From: Trichoplax sp. H2
Lineage: Eukaryota
Direction: 5' to 3'
DNA length: 64,000 nt
Assembly (NCBI GenBank): GCA_003344405.1
Contig: NOWV01000019.1
Coordinates: 248,001 to 312,000, forward strand
In this document: in pieces, positions 32,342-44,194 of the stretch
Numbering within the stretch: the first letter of the stretch is position 1
How the letters are laid out: the number at the start of each line of letters is the position of its first letter
The notes under the pieces: generated by a model
Told to the model about the DNA's origin: nothing
Seen by the model: the letters and a program-made list of their open reading frames with translations, nothing else
Databases searched by the model: none
Position numbers and translations under genes: made by a program

Positions 32342-33352
32342 ATGCCCTCATTAAATTCATTAAAAAGGATCGCATTTTACGGTGGTATTGCAAGCTTAGG
32401 TGGTTCGCTATTTTTATTCTTCAGGATTCAATGTAGGTTTGCGCCAAGTGATATTGTATTTGTTTTGAATATCAACGCGCTGAATCAATGACAATATAGC
32501 GTGTTGAAGATGTATTGAAGAACATCCAATCTTATAATCCGATAGCAAATTTATCTAAAGGTGGATACTTTAAGAAATCCTTAGCATTATTACACGATGA
32601 CAAGCGTGCAATGGAAATACTTGGAGGTCCACCCATATCCGTCGGCTATATACATTTACTAGATTTGTTTAATTACATTGATGGAAAGAAAGCTCAGGTT
32701 TGTTTAAAAATTGAATGCAGGCATTTTAAGTACTCCATTTTTGTGCAATGCACTAACTGGAATGAAAGTGATATACTATACTGTACTTTGAAAAGATTTC
32801 ATTAAATCATGCTATTGATAGTAGCATGCAAGGTGCATTGTTTGTTAAATAGGCAAGCCTGTATTGAACTTGGATCATTCACCTGCTAGTTCTTGCTGTA
32901 GATGTATACTGTAGCATTATGAAGTGATCATATCTACTAGATTTGATGCAAGTGAATACTTATTCGCGTAAATGGCTAATACAAACTGCTGATAACTTAT
33001 TCACTGATTTTTATTACAAATGCAGCTGTCAATTCCAGTCACTGGTCGCGACAATTCCGGAAAATTGATCGCGAGAGCTAGCAGAGAATCAATTGCAGAA
33101 GGGTAAGACTTAACAGTAAGGCCATTGCTATGCGAATCCTCTATAATTAATAATACTCATAGACTACATGTTATTACTCGTATGATTATAATGAAACTGA
33201 TTAATGGATCAATTTGCATTTAATAGACCTAACACTTTTTCTACTTCTCCAGGTGGATCATCGATTCTCTAATTGTTGATATAGATCAGAAGGAGTCGAT
33301 CACTATTGTAGAAGGACCAACAGTAAATTACCGTAAATTAGCAAGTAGTTGA
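32342..33352 (+). CDS. COA1: Cytochrome c oxidase assembly factor 1 homolog (exons 32342-32432, 32546-32697, 33026-33102, 33253-33352)
   Basis: MPSLNSLKRIAFYGGIASLGGSLFLFFRIQ (TM)...YFKKSLALLHDDKRAMEILGGPPI...NYIDGKKAQLSIPVTGRDNSGKL...WIIDSL resembles the COA1 pattern (YY...L......A.E.LG.P...A.L.IPV.G...G.L...W). All junctions are phase-compatible. Confidence 0.85.
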
Positions 33353-34021
33353 TGACATTACGATGAACTATGAAGAAATTGGCTATTTTTAAAACTCCGA
33401 TTCATCCAGCTATGCTATTTTACTCATAGTTGCTTTAAAGAATTTACTAAAAATACTAGCTCTTTCTATAGATCAGATACATACTACACGCATTTTTTAT
33501 TTAAGAAACGACTGTATCTGCGTTCAAATAATCCCTAAATTGATTAAGCAACCACTGAAATAAAGTGTATTACTGTTTTCTTCACTATACGTATTCGCTT
33601 TTATCTGGAAGGCCGTTCTGAGGCTTTATTGCAGCTTGGCAATAGCCCTTAAGATGTAATTAAATTTAAAATTTTACTCCTTTTTATGCTATTTATACAT
33701 TTCTAAGCTGGCTTCTAGCGAAGTGCAAGCACCCCAAGGAATGTGACTTTTAGCTCTAAAATAGCGAGACCAGCTACTCTATCGACATTAGCAACGTTTT
33801 TTACATAAAAGTATTTTTTATTTTATTTAATGTTAATATGACAGAATTTATATGCAAATCGCTTTACAAAAGCATTTGTGTCGTTATAAAGGGTTTACGT
33901 AATACAGCAATTGAAATACAGTAAAAACAAAATTTCTGTAGCTACGTAAGCCACATAGGCAAAGGATTAAAGTACAATGGCATCAAAATAGTACAAGACT
34001 AGAGTCTATTCTTTCAATGCT

Positions 34022-37000
34022 TTACTTTTTTTTTTTCTTCTTTTCGCTGGAAACCTATAGAATAACAAGGGTAATTATTGAGTTAATTAGATTGCTGCTA
34101 GTCACTTATCCGAGATAATGAAACGGTCATACAGATAGTAATTATCCCTCACTTTTTCCGATGATTCTGCATCTTTCTTGGCCTTTTTTGTCTTTTTCTT
34201 AGCAGACCCCTACAGAAAGCAAGGGACTCGTTATTATTCATTCCTCATTAACAATTATCACTAAAAGTATTTAAATACTATATACCGCATCTGGAGATAT
34301 AGGAGTATCAGATTCCTTCTTCGCCTTTTTCTTTTTCTTATCTGAGCTAACGATCTAAGCAAAGAGGAACGTAATAAATTACCAAAGTGCATCGCTATGT
34401 ATCGTTGACAAACGTTAAGGAAGGCATATACGTATTCAGAAAAATTGGTTTTATACCATTTCAGGTTCTTCTACTATACTGGCAGTTTTCGATTTATCCT
34501 TTTTCTAATTAATATTTTCAATATAATGGAAAAGCCATTGAGAATACTGCAAACCGATATAAGGATAATGTTCTACCGACTTTGTGTTATATTGAAAGAC
34601 ACATACCTTATCCTTCTTCTTTTGCTTTTGTTCCGTTGGGGTCTACAAATAAAAAGATTACAAATTAAATACCGAGAATTTTACATATACGCGTACGTAA
34701 GTTAATGCACCTTCCAAAAACTACTATGTTATTTTGTAATTAGTAAAGTTTAAAACTGATGCATCGGAAAATATTACAATATAGTACCTCAACATTCATA
34801 GATTCTTCTTCTTTAGCTTTCTTGTCTTTCTTCTTCTTCTCTTTGACTGGAGTCTAATAAATAGACAACGTAAAATAGTTAAATACTTGCGATGTAATTA
34901 AGCCAACAAGCATTACGTCCAATAAGCATCTATCTTTCTACCGTTAATGTTTACAATGTAGGATATCAGTTATCAAGTACTCGTAATACCTGAAAACTTT
35001 CTGAAGCAGCTGCTTCACTGGAGCTTTTCGCTTTCTTTTCTTCAGACTATTGGAGAAAGATCGTAATTAATGAACAAGCTCTACAATGAATATCAGGGAT
35101 ACTATATCACACTAGAATTATCGCTACATTTCTAACCCAGTTAGCCTAACTCTAACCCTAGCTTCAGCTTAATATTTAGAATTTATATAAGGTCTAAAGG
35201 TTGCAGCAATAACGTACACTATCGTATATTGCTGTCTTAACTGAATGCAAATATTGTGTCCTAGAGTTTAAGAGCAAATGAAGAAACATCGTGATTACGT
35301 TTAAATAACCTTAGCTGAGGCAGCTCCAGATTTATCTAATTTTGCCTTCTTCTTTTTCTTCTTTGGGGTTTCTTCTAAAACTTCTATCAGCTTCTTTTTC
35401 TCACTAATGCTTTCTACGCAATCGGATCAATACAAAGTTGTTACTAAATTTTCTCAATCTCAGAAAACGAGTACTATATAACAGAAACAAGTAAAATAAC
35501 TTTACCATTAGCTTCCGCAATGACGGAAGTATCTTCCTCACGTTTACGTTTTTTACCAACAACGAAATCAGTATCAGGATTATAAGTGCGGACTTGACTA
35601 TTATGAAATGAAATCATATTAAGTTTCTGCAAGACAAATTCATGACTAGATCTAACATTGCTATCTCCGAAATGAAATTAGATGGCAGTCATGGTAGCTT
35701 ACCTCTGATTAGTATACTTGTCAAATTTGGCGCTGCTTTTGGCACTACCACTAATTTTCTTCATCTAACATTACCCAATAAATGATAGTCAGTACAACTA
35801 ATTTTACAAGATAAGAACAAAGACGTAATTAACGTTGCATACATGGCCTTCTTCTAAACTCTTTAGGCGTATCTCAAGTTTTGCTCTTCCATCAATTCCA
35901 ACATCAGTATTTGATTCTTCGCCTAGTGCATCGACTCGAGCAGCTAGTGAAGTTTTAGCAGCCAGCATACGTGATATCTACAAATAGTTTTTTTAGAGTA
36001 AATTGCGTAAGTAATTATTGCTTCGTAAAAGTTTCAATGGGTTTTATTACAAGATACATTAACGGCGTACCTTTCCTTTATTCTTAGGATTAGACTGACC
36101 AACTAGTGAAGCATGATAAATAAGACCATATTTTGGTGTGTCATGTTTGGTTTTTAAAGCTCTAATTTTGATCAATAAATTGGAATAAGTAAAAATGTTA
36201 TTGAGGTTCACTACGTATTAACTGTAAAAATTAACCGAAATAGTGCTTTTTCGGCGCCAAGAATTTGCACAGTTGAGGCTGGATATTTAGCAAGATTGAG
36301 CAAGGAACCTACAAGAGATTACAGAAGAAACTTTTAGTCAGTAAATGACCACAGCACCATTTCTACTCATTCATAATTACTATACCAGCATGTGCAATTA
36401 ATCTTGCTCCCACCAACTCGCCAACTAATAGTGTTAAATTAGGAGCAATAGCGGTCATGCGATTCTTAATATATTCGTACAGTTCTGTACGATAATTACT
36501 GACTTCAATGACCTATGATAGAGACACAGAGCAATCCTATTTATTCTCTAATTATCTCTACATTAAAAACTTTATTTTGACATTTTACTAACCTGATTGC
36601 ACAAATATTTGATGTTTTCAATATCATCTACAGATATCTATCAAAACAGAGATCATTAAGCTGAGTTAGCTTAAGCTACATGCACTATGTTAAAAAGTAC
36701 TATTTCGTAATAAGGGATGTAGTAGTACGAATTTTGTCTACCTCTGTACCCATGGAAATTTCTGCAGCTTCTTTAATCTCAGCCTCTACTTCTTCGGGAA
36801 GAATCGATGATAAATCTGTACTCGACGTATTGTTTCTCATACCTTATAATCATAGATAAACATTTATGATCAATATTCATTAATTTATACATGTCTATAT
36901 AATAAAATTGCTTAGTAATTAGCTGACATACCGATCGCATTGATTGTCTTGACAAAGACCAAGTGGTCCGATACAATTTTGCCCAATTCAGGGAAATGCC

Positions 37001-39033
37001 AACCATACCATTCACGGCAACGCATAACGTAATTGTTCAATTCTTTATCTAAATCATCTAGTAAGGCTATGGTTGGAATACAAAAGCATTTGTAAATTAC
37101 AGGTTTAGGAAAATAATATAACTTCAGAACGTCGATGAAAGTAAAGTACAGTAGTAATTTTATTACCATCTTCTAGTTATTTAGGTAGTCATTTCACTTA
37201 CATATAGCTTGAACGATCATTGTGTCGACTTTGTCTGGGCTAAATTTCAACTTGTAACGTGAGAGGCTATAGTATAAATTATAAATAGCAAATAGAGATG
37301 ATTTCACTTTCAAAATGCAATATAGAAATGGATAAAATTAAGATTATGTATAAGCAAGTGGCTACCTATGAGCTAGACCAAGAGCCATAGCACTCATTTC
37401 TTTTTCCGGCAAACCTTTCATAGAATAGGTGATTAGTCAATGTTTTTTAACTATTCAGAACTATGAAATTTCTTTAGAGAAAGAAAAAGTCTTACCGGTT
37501 ATCAATTCGTTCATTTGACTTCGTATTCCTCTAGTTAATTCATGTATGGCATTGTTACAAACACAAGCTATCCCAGTTTTTTCCTAAGTGCAAAATCGGG
37601 ATTTGTAGTAAAACAATAACCCCCAAATTGGTTTGTAAGGAAATTAAGCTATCTAAACGATTTATAAAGTAGTAGCAAGTGAAGATGACGAAACTAACTT
37701 TGATGGCATTGCCTAATTTAGCATCAGCTACGGCAAGTTCGTCGTGTATATCTTTGGCATAGGCCTTCTTCAAGATTTTTTTCAGTTTCTTACTGACTTT
37801 ACCTTCTACAACTGCCGTTGCAGCTATAATATGATTGAAAGGAAAAGAAGGCAACATTTACTCTAGCGTTCAGTCATTGTTGATTTTGGTATCTACGACT
37901 ATCTATCTCACAAGATGTTGCAAAAGGAGCTATGACCTATAAGATTGCTTATGATTGTTATTTGTATTCACCAGTAGAGTAACTTGTGCTTAAATCATGA
38001 ACAATTTACTATTTATACTCTATCTCTATGCACGTAAAACTCCAGATTTTATACAGGTGCAATGCATATTGCACAATCCAGAAGAGAATAGCGAAAGGAA
38101 AAAAATTACAAGTTGATATCATTTAATTTAAGATTGAAACTAACCAGCCAAAGCCTCAGTGGTATCTTCGAATTTCTGAAAGTGTTTTAGCTTGATGCTA
38201 TCACGAGTAGAAAAATTCATTATTTGTAAGGCTATTCGATTACGGTTTGTCTGATTGACTGGCTAAAGCAAAGACTCCAAGCTAGCAAGCTAGTCTATAC
38301 AGTTTATTATAACGTTGATGGTGGAAAAGGTGATGACTATCGCTACCCTTTAAGAGAGTCAGGTAAGACTTTCCAGGTAGTAAGATAATCCGTACACATT
38401 CTACTGTAGCTTTTGCTGAGAAATAGTAGCGGATTACCTGGAGAAAATAGTGCAACCTCTGTAGACACTACCTATTGTAAGATGCACAGTGTACAAGGCA
38501 TGATATTTCAACTGCATCCACTAGACTGTGGTTATTATTTTTGATTGCAGCAAGACAGTCCAATACGGCACAACTACTCATTTCAAACGCAATGGAAAGA
38601 TGTGCCTTGACTCATTGATTTCATGACATGACAGTACAGTAGTACACTGATTTATTGTATATGCAAATACAGTGATTACAAACTAAGGTACCAATGGTGC
38701 TAGCTTGGCAAGATAATCAGCCTACAGTAGGTATTTACAATTTGTTGGCTTCATCTGGTGAAATGAATTCCTTATACAAGTTGTCAGCCTGTTGTAATTT
38801 CTTCTCATTCAAGACCTAAAAAGTTACCAAAAAAAAAATGCTATGAGCTCTTGGATGCTTGCATTGTATATTGTTCATGGATCAGTCGGTTGCCGTAAGA
38901 CTATTCTAGGCAAAACCTATGGTATCCTTCAGTCTACGTTGTGCCTATCATGCTTGAAGACAAGCCGATTGATGAAGCATTGGAGTACCTTAAAGATTGC
39001 ATATCCAGACGATGTTTCAAATAGAACCAACAT
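34022..39033 (-). CDS. NOP58: Nucleolar protein 58 (box C/D snoRNP core protein), multi-exon
   Basis: [143 protein letters not shown], then a Lys-rich tail ending [10 protein letters not shown]. Confidence 0.97.
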
Positions 39034-39605
39034 CTTGTAGGATTACTCAATCGATTCAACTATTCAATTTACAAAGAAATGGCATTTAGTGTATCCTATT
39101 CTCATCATCGCATGGGCTAATCTCGCCCTTACTTTATCCATTTCAAATGATTGATTGGGTACTACAACGTGAACTACCTTGCAATAACGTTGGCAAAAAA
39201 TGACAGATCGTCCAGTGGTTGACGACGATGACTGGCTATAGCCTGTAGGATCTTGGCTGACCTCGTTGAGTGACAAGGGTGCTCCTTCTTCCTTTAGCGA
39301 TGGTTGAAGGTGTTTCTTTACTGCCAATCGTGCACGGCACTAATAATCTAGGCAGAATAACTTGTCTTTCCTTGCAGCAAGAATGGCGTGGCAGGCGTAC
39401 CTAGATGGCAAAAGTCCAGAATTGGCCGATCACGGAGGTTGAAAAAGCTGCAGATTGCCAATCCAGTAAAAACAACGTGGATGCGACGAGGACGGATGGC
39501 AGCCAGCCCTGACCCCTGGCTGCTACAGTACGGTACTGTAGACTACGGTGCAGACACTGTAGAGGTAGACTGTAGACTAGTACTGTCGAGGTGACACCGT
39601 CGGAC

Positions 39606-39870
39606 CGGTTGACGTTCATAGTAACACGTGAGCGCGTTTGACGTTACGAGTATGACATCTAATAATTGAAGAGTATAGTACAGTACTGTACACTACTAAA
39701 ATGTACTGTACAGTACTGTACACTGTAGGGTACTGTACTGTTCTGTATGATTGCAGTGTACAGTACAGTACTGTAGAGGTGATACAGTAGGACAGGTTGA
39801 CGTCAGGTCTAGGTTGATCATCATAGTAACACGTGTGCGCGCTTGACGTGACGCGTGTGACAACTAATTA
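39606..39870. promoter_or_regulatory. Duplicated E-box/CRE module upstream of NOP58
   Basis: CATAGTAACACGTG.GCGCG.TTGACGT.ACG.GT.TGACA.CTAA occurs twice, 205 bp apart. CACGTG at 39625 and 39830; perfect TGACGTCA at 39798. Confidence 0.6.
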
Positions 39871-40408
39871 GACTTGAGAAAGGTTCGGTTCGGTTCGGTA
39901 CCTGGATGATCGATATGATCGAATTGAAGTGTACTGTACAACACTAAAATATCGCGAGAAAACTGTACTGTTCTGTATGACTGTCGTCAGCAGTATGCAA
40001 CACTAAACCGAACCATGGACTGCATTCCGACTGCGGTACTGTACACTGTACACTGTACAGCCCCAACAGATCAGAGCTGGGAGATGGAGATTGGACGTAC
40101 AGAAAAGATGAATCGATGCTCAAAGCAGAGTCTGCCTCCTTGCTTTCCAACCCAGGTATCGCATCGTACTCGATACTCTATAGCTACAGATTGAAAAGGC
40201 ATCGCAGCTAAAATGGACGTTGCAGTCACACTGATGCCTACAGCCAGTTGCTAGCCTGCGATATTGATATTGGAAATTTTTACCTAGAGTTAGTCATCAT
40301 CATATTGATCTTGATGAACAAGATCGTTGTACAGGATATCCAATGGACCCGTGCAAAATCAACCAATGTTGTCATTCTACTGTGTCGGTATTCTGATGAC
40401 AAGAGTGT

Positions 40409-41100
40409 CCAACCCTAACATTCAACACAAGACAATATTCAAAATGAGCTCAAGTCATGCTGTTACTGTGTCAATATCCCAATGGCCAGAGTGGGATTAG
40501 ACATGATATCTGCTGATGGATTCAACAAAGTTATCATTTACTATGTCAATATCACCGATGACCACACAACGTTGCACATGATAGTTGTTCCAACCCTAAC
40601 ATTCAACACGAGACAATATTCAAAATGAGCTCAAGTCATGCTGTTACTGTGTCAATATCCCAATGGCCAGAGTAGGATTAGACATGATATCTGCTGATGG
40701 ATTCAACAAAGTTATCATTTACTATGTCAATATCACCAATGACCACACAACGTTGCACATGATAGTTGCTAGGCGCATTTTCAAAATGAGTTCCAGCCAT
40801 GATATTACTGCGTCAAGATTCTAATGGCCGCAGCAGCATTCGACATCATGTCTACTTTCATACAGTACTAGATGAGGTCAGGATTTTGACCGCGTTGGAC
40901 ATGATAATAACTAGACTCATTCAAAATGAACTCTAGTCATGCTGTTACTGTATCCATCATGGCCAGAGTATTCGACATAATATCTATTTGCTCATTAGGT
41001 TAAATTATAATTCCACTGTGATTATAATACTGAATTGAGCGCAGCGTGGGACATATCTGTTGCATTCATTCAAACTTGGCTGAAATCATACTGTCACGGT
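40409..41100. repeat. 181-bp near-perfect tandem duplication within a degenerate array of about 70-bp subunits
   Basis: CCAACCCTAACATTCAACAC.AGACAATATTCAAAATGAGCTC... at 40409 and 40590. The subunit TTCAAAATGA...CATG.T.TTACTG...ATGGCC...GACAT recurs at about 40780 and 40920. Confidence 0.9.
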
Positions 41101-42060
41101 TCACCATGAGCGTATTATAATTATTGGTTTATTAAAAATAAACTAAAGTATTGATTTTAGGTCTCTGATATCTACCAAGCTACGCATAATTAGCTCAAGT
41201 CTTGCTACTACCGTAGCGATATATTCTTTATCAGAGCATTATACATGACAACTGCAAATATATAATCATATACACGTTGCTTGCTCTGGCCAGTCAATTG
41301 AAAGGATGACTTGCAACCAATTATAATTATTATGATTGGAGTTGAGACTTATCACCGCTATAGTACTGTAATTTCCTACCAATGATAATTTAATGATGCT
41401 GTACAGTAAACAAATGAAGAAATGAAATTTCAATTTGAAAGCAAATTGAATCCTTCAAGCTTACTTTAACATTTGCATCACACAAATTTGTGTCTTATTC
41501 GTGAGCATCGTTTATTACTGAGTATCAGAGCAGATCGTATAATTATCTCGATAAATCAAGGAAGATGCTGTACGATTTTGTAGATTCGTCCGTAAATTAC
41601 CATTTCGCAACAAGGCTTGTGGTCGGTGGTCAACCAATACTGACTAATCACTACTTGAAACTTGATCATTTTGTTCCCTATGGAACACCTTGCATGCATT
41701 CGATTTGAACAATACAATGACGTTGCAAGGACGCACTTTGATAAAAGTAAATTAGAGACTAGGCTGTAAGACCGTTCGATTTAGTAACATTAATTCTGAT
41801 CTACTAAATTGCTTGTAAGCAGGCTATACACTTGCATTCGTAAAGTGATGGGATAAATTGAAGATCTATTAAACAAAAATATGATGTAGAATAGCAAAAA
41901 GAGTGTCATGCATACACTCACAATCTTACAGAAGTGCTTTGAATAAACATTCGCTGAAAGCAAAGTTATAGTAATGCATTTACAGTAAATCCAGTAGATG
42001 TATTGAGACGACGGGACGATCTCAATCAATTATCATTTCGCAAAGAGGAACCCGATAATT

Positions 42061-43668
42061 CTAATTTAACGATAACAGTTTTGTTGATCCTTGTATCAAT
42101 CGAATTTCTTCTTGACTCAGGACTTGTTCAGCGTGCTCTTGCATCCAAGCCGATACTGCTTCACTTCCGTAGTTGTTAATTAGTTCTTGTCTTTGCTGTT
42201 CGGCATTATTAACTTCTCCTTGCATTCTATAGACGAAATTCAAACATCCTATTTCATAGCTATCGTTGCATGGATATCTGGAGCAAGTAAGGCAAACTGC
42301 TACCCACTAGTCTTCCATTCTTATATTACGTAACCATGGGAAAATATCTGGTTGTAATAACTAACGTATTATCAATTATACACAGTAAAGATCGATGCAA
42401 TCAAGATATTGCCCTTAAAAGTTTAAACGCGATTCATTATTTTTAGCATCTTCATCTTTCAAATAGTTTTCGGCTAACAATCAATAATAAAGTGTGCGGG
42501 ATTGGGCACTGATTAATCTTATCATAGGCCTACAGTCACCTCTGAGATTAGTGAAAGTCTATATTCTATGATTAGATAGTCTTTGAAGTACCTAAGGTAT
42601 TCACTTCTCATTATACAGTAATAATACTGTAACCTTATGATAGATAGTCAATACAAGTTAACATTCTACCGTAATCCAACAATGTACCTATCTTAATAGA
42701 AATATGAGGTAACAATATTCTCACCGGTTACTTTCCGACAATGCTCTTGCCACGAATTGATTTAACCTTTCCTTGTCCAAGTTTGACTAATCCGTAAGAT
42801 TTTAAATAAAAGATATTAATATAAGGGCGTGAATTTCGTAAAATTCGGTAAATTTCGAAAACACACGGGTATAGCATACATCAGGCTGTTATGAGAAATC
42901 GTATAAATGAAATATCGAATACCACAGATTTAATTTATTTTTATGAGGTAAAACTAGCCATTTAGTTTATGTACAGTGTAAGTAATTTGAACTGCATCAT
43001 GACTAAATGAGTAGAAAATTGTAATGAATGGGTTTTAACTTTTTATGTCTATAGTGCGAATGTAAGTACCTCATTTCATCAGCCTAGCCATCCTCTATGA
43101 TTACTTTATTAAGCACCATTGATTATTCTATCTGGCTTAGTGCTTTGCTTCGTGATACTAACATACCTTGAAAACATATGACTACAGTAATTAGTTGAAA
43201 TTTGCCAATTAAGAATAACTCTACTCTACCACTATCGACGTCTACGGAAAATAGCATATTTACAAACAACTTCAACATATGCAGAAGTAGAAGTACGGTA
43301 CGTTACTGTCTGTGAGAAAACGTTGGGCTTTTAGCGATTCACATACACGTCTATAGCATAAGAATTGCCATAGATCATCATTAATTAAACGTTACTACGA
43401 CACAGCATAGACTAATTAATGATACTATACTATTTACGAATCAACCGGCCGCATTTCAACAGTTGAAAAATTTTTAAACATAAACAACAAATAAATTCTG
43501 GTTATTATTGCTATCATCATAATAAAGAAGCAATAATAATATCATTTCAGCGATGGATCCAAGAACGAACAAATAACTACCAATATACAATATACTATAA
43601 TGGCTGTATCTTCAAATAACTAATCAATCAGTCCAATTTCTAACCCATACCTCATCGGAGTTGTCCAT
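42061..43668 (-). CDS. Small hypothetical protein (about 81-86 aa; exons 43668-43651, possibly 43181-43167, 42786-42725, 42226-42061)
   Basis: Phase-compatible GT-AG junctions give MDNSDE|(SYVFK|)SNLDKERLNQFVARALSESNR|MQGEVNNAEQQRQELINNYGSEAVSAWMQEHAEQVLSQEEIRLIQGSTKLLSLN*. No family recognised. Confidence 0.5.
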
Positions 43669-44194
43669 TTTGTATCGCATTTTATCGAATCCTATCGAGG
43701 TTGCCTTGTCAACGACCTACTCGGAGTCAGTGAGTCACTGCCCAGTGTGCTCACATCTAGCGCCACTTTGGTAAGTATTAGACCATGAGCCTGGCTATTG
43801 TTACAGTACTATGACTGTAACAGGACCATCAAGCACTAGTATTTCACTACAAATAATCTGTGGTTTCGTAGACTACTATGGAATTTATACTGTACTGTAC
43901 CGTCCGTACAGTACAGCATAGTACTGTAGTTGCTTTACATAGACGTCTGTCTGTCTGGACGTAATGCGAAACCAACTGCGCAGTACAGTACTGCACAGAT
44001 AGATGACTGTAGGTGGATCTTCTGCGGCAAAGTCCAGTTGGATGGTTGGGATTTGCTTGCGAGTATCCTTGCCAGCCATTTTTGTAAACTTAAAGATCTT
44101 CTACAGCTATTAGCATCGTATACAAGAGTACTGAATGAGTTTTAGTCAAGGCTTGTAAAGTTTAAGCCGTAATTTATTTTACGATTGGAAAAAA

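Noticed and set aside
35131-35160. Telomere-like CTAACCC motifs in a NOP58 intron
   Set aside because: Only two or three degenerate units, too short to call an interstitial telomeric repeat.
38330-38420. GTGATGA...CTGA box C/D-like pair in a NOP58 intron
   Set aside because: It lies on the + strand, antisense to the host transcript, and has no terminal stem.
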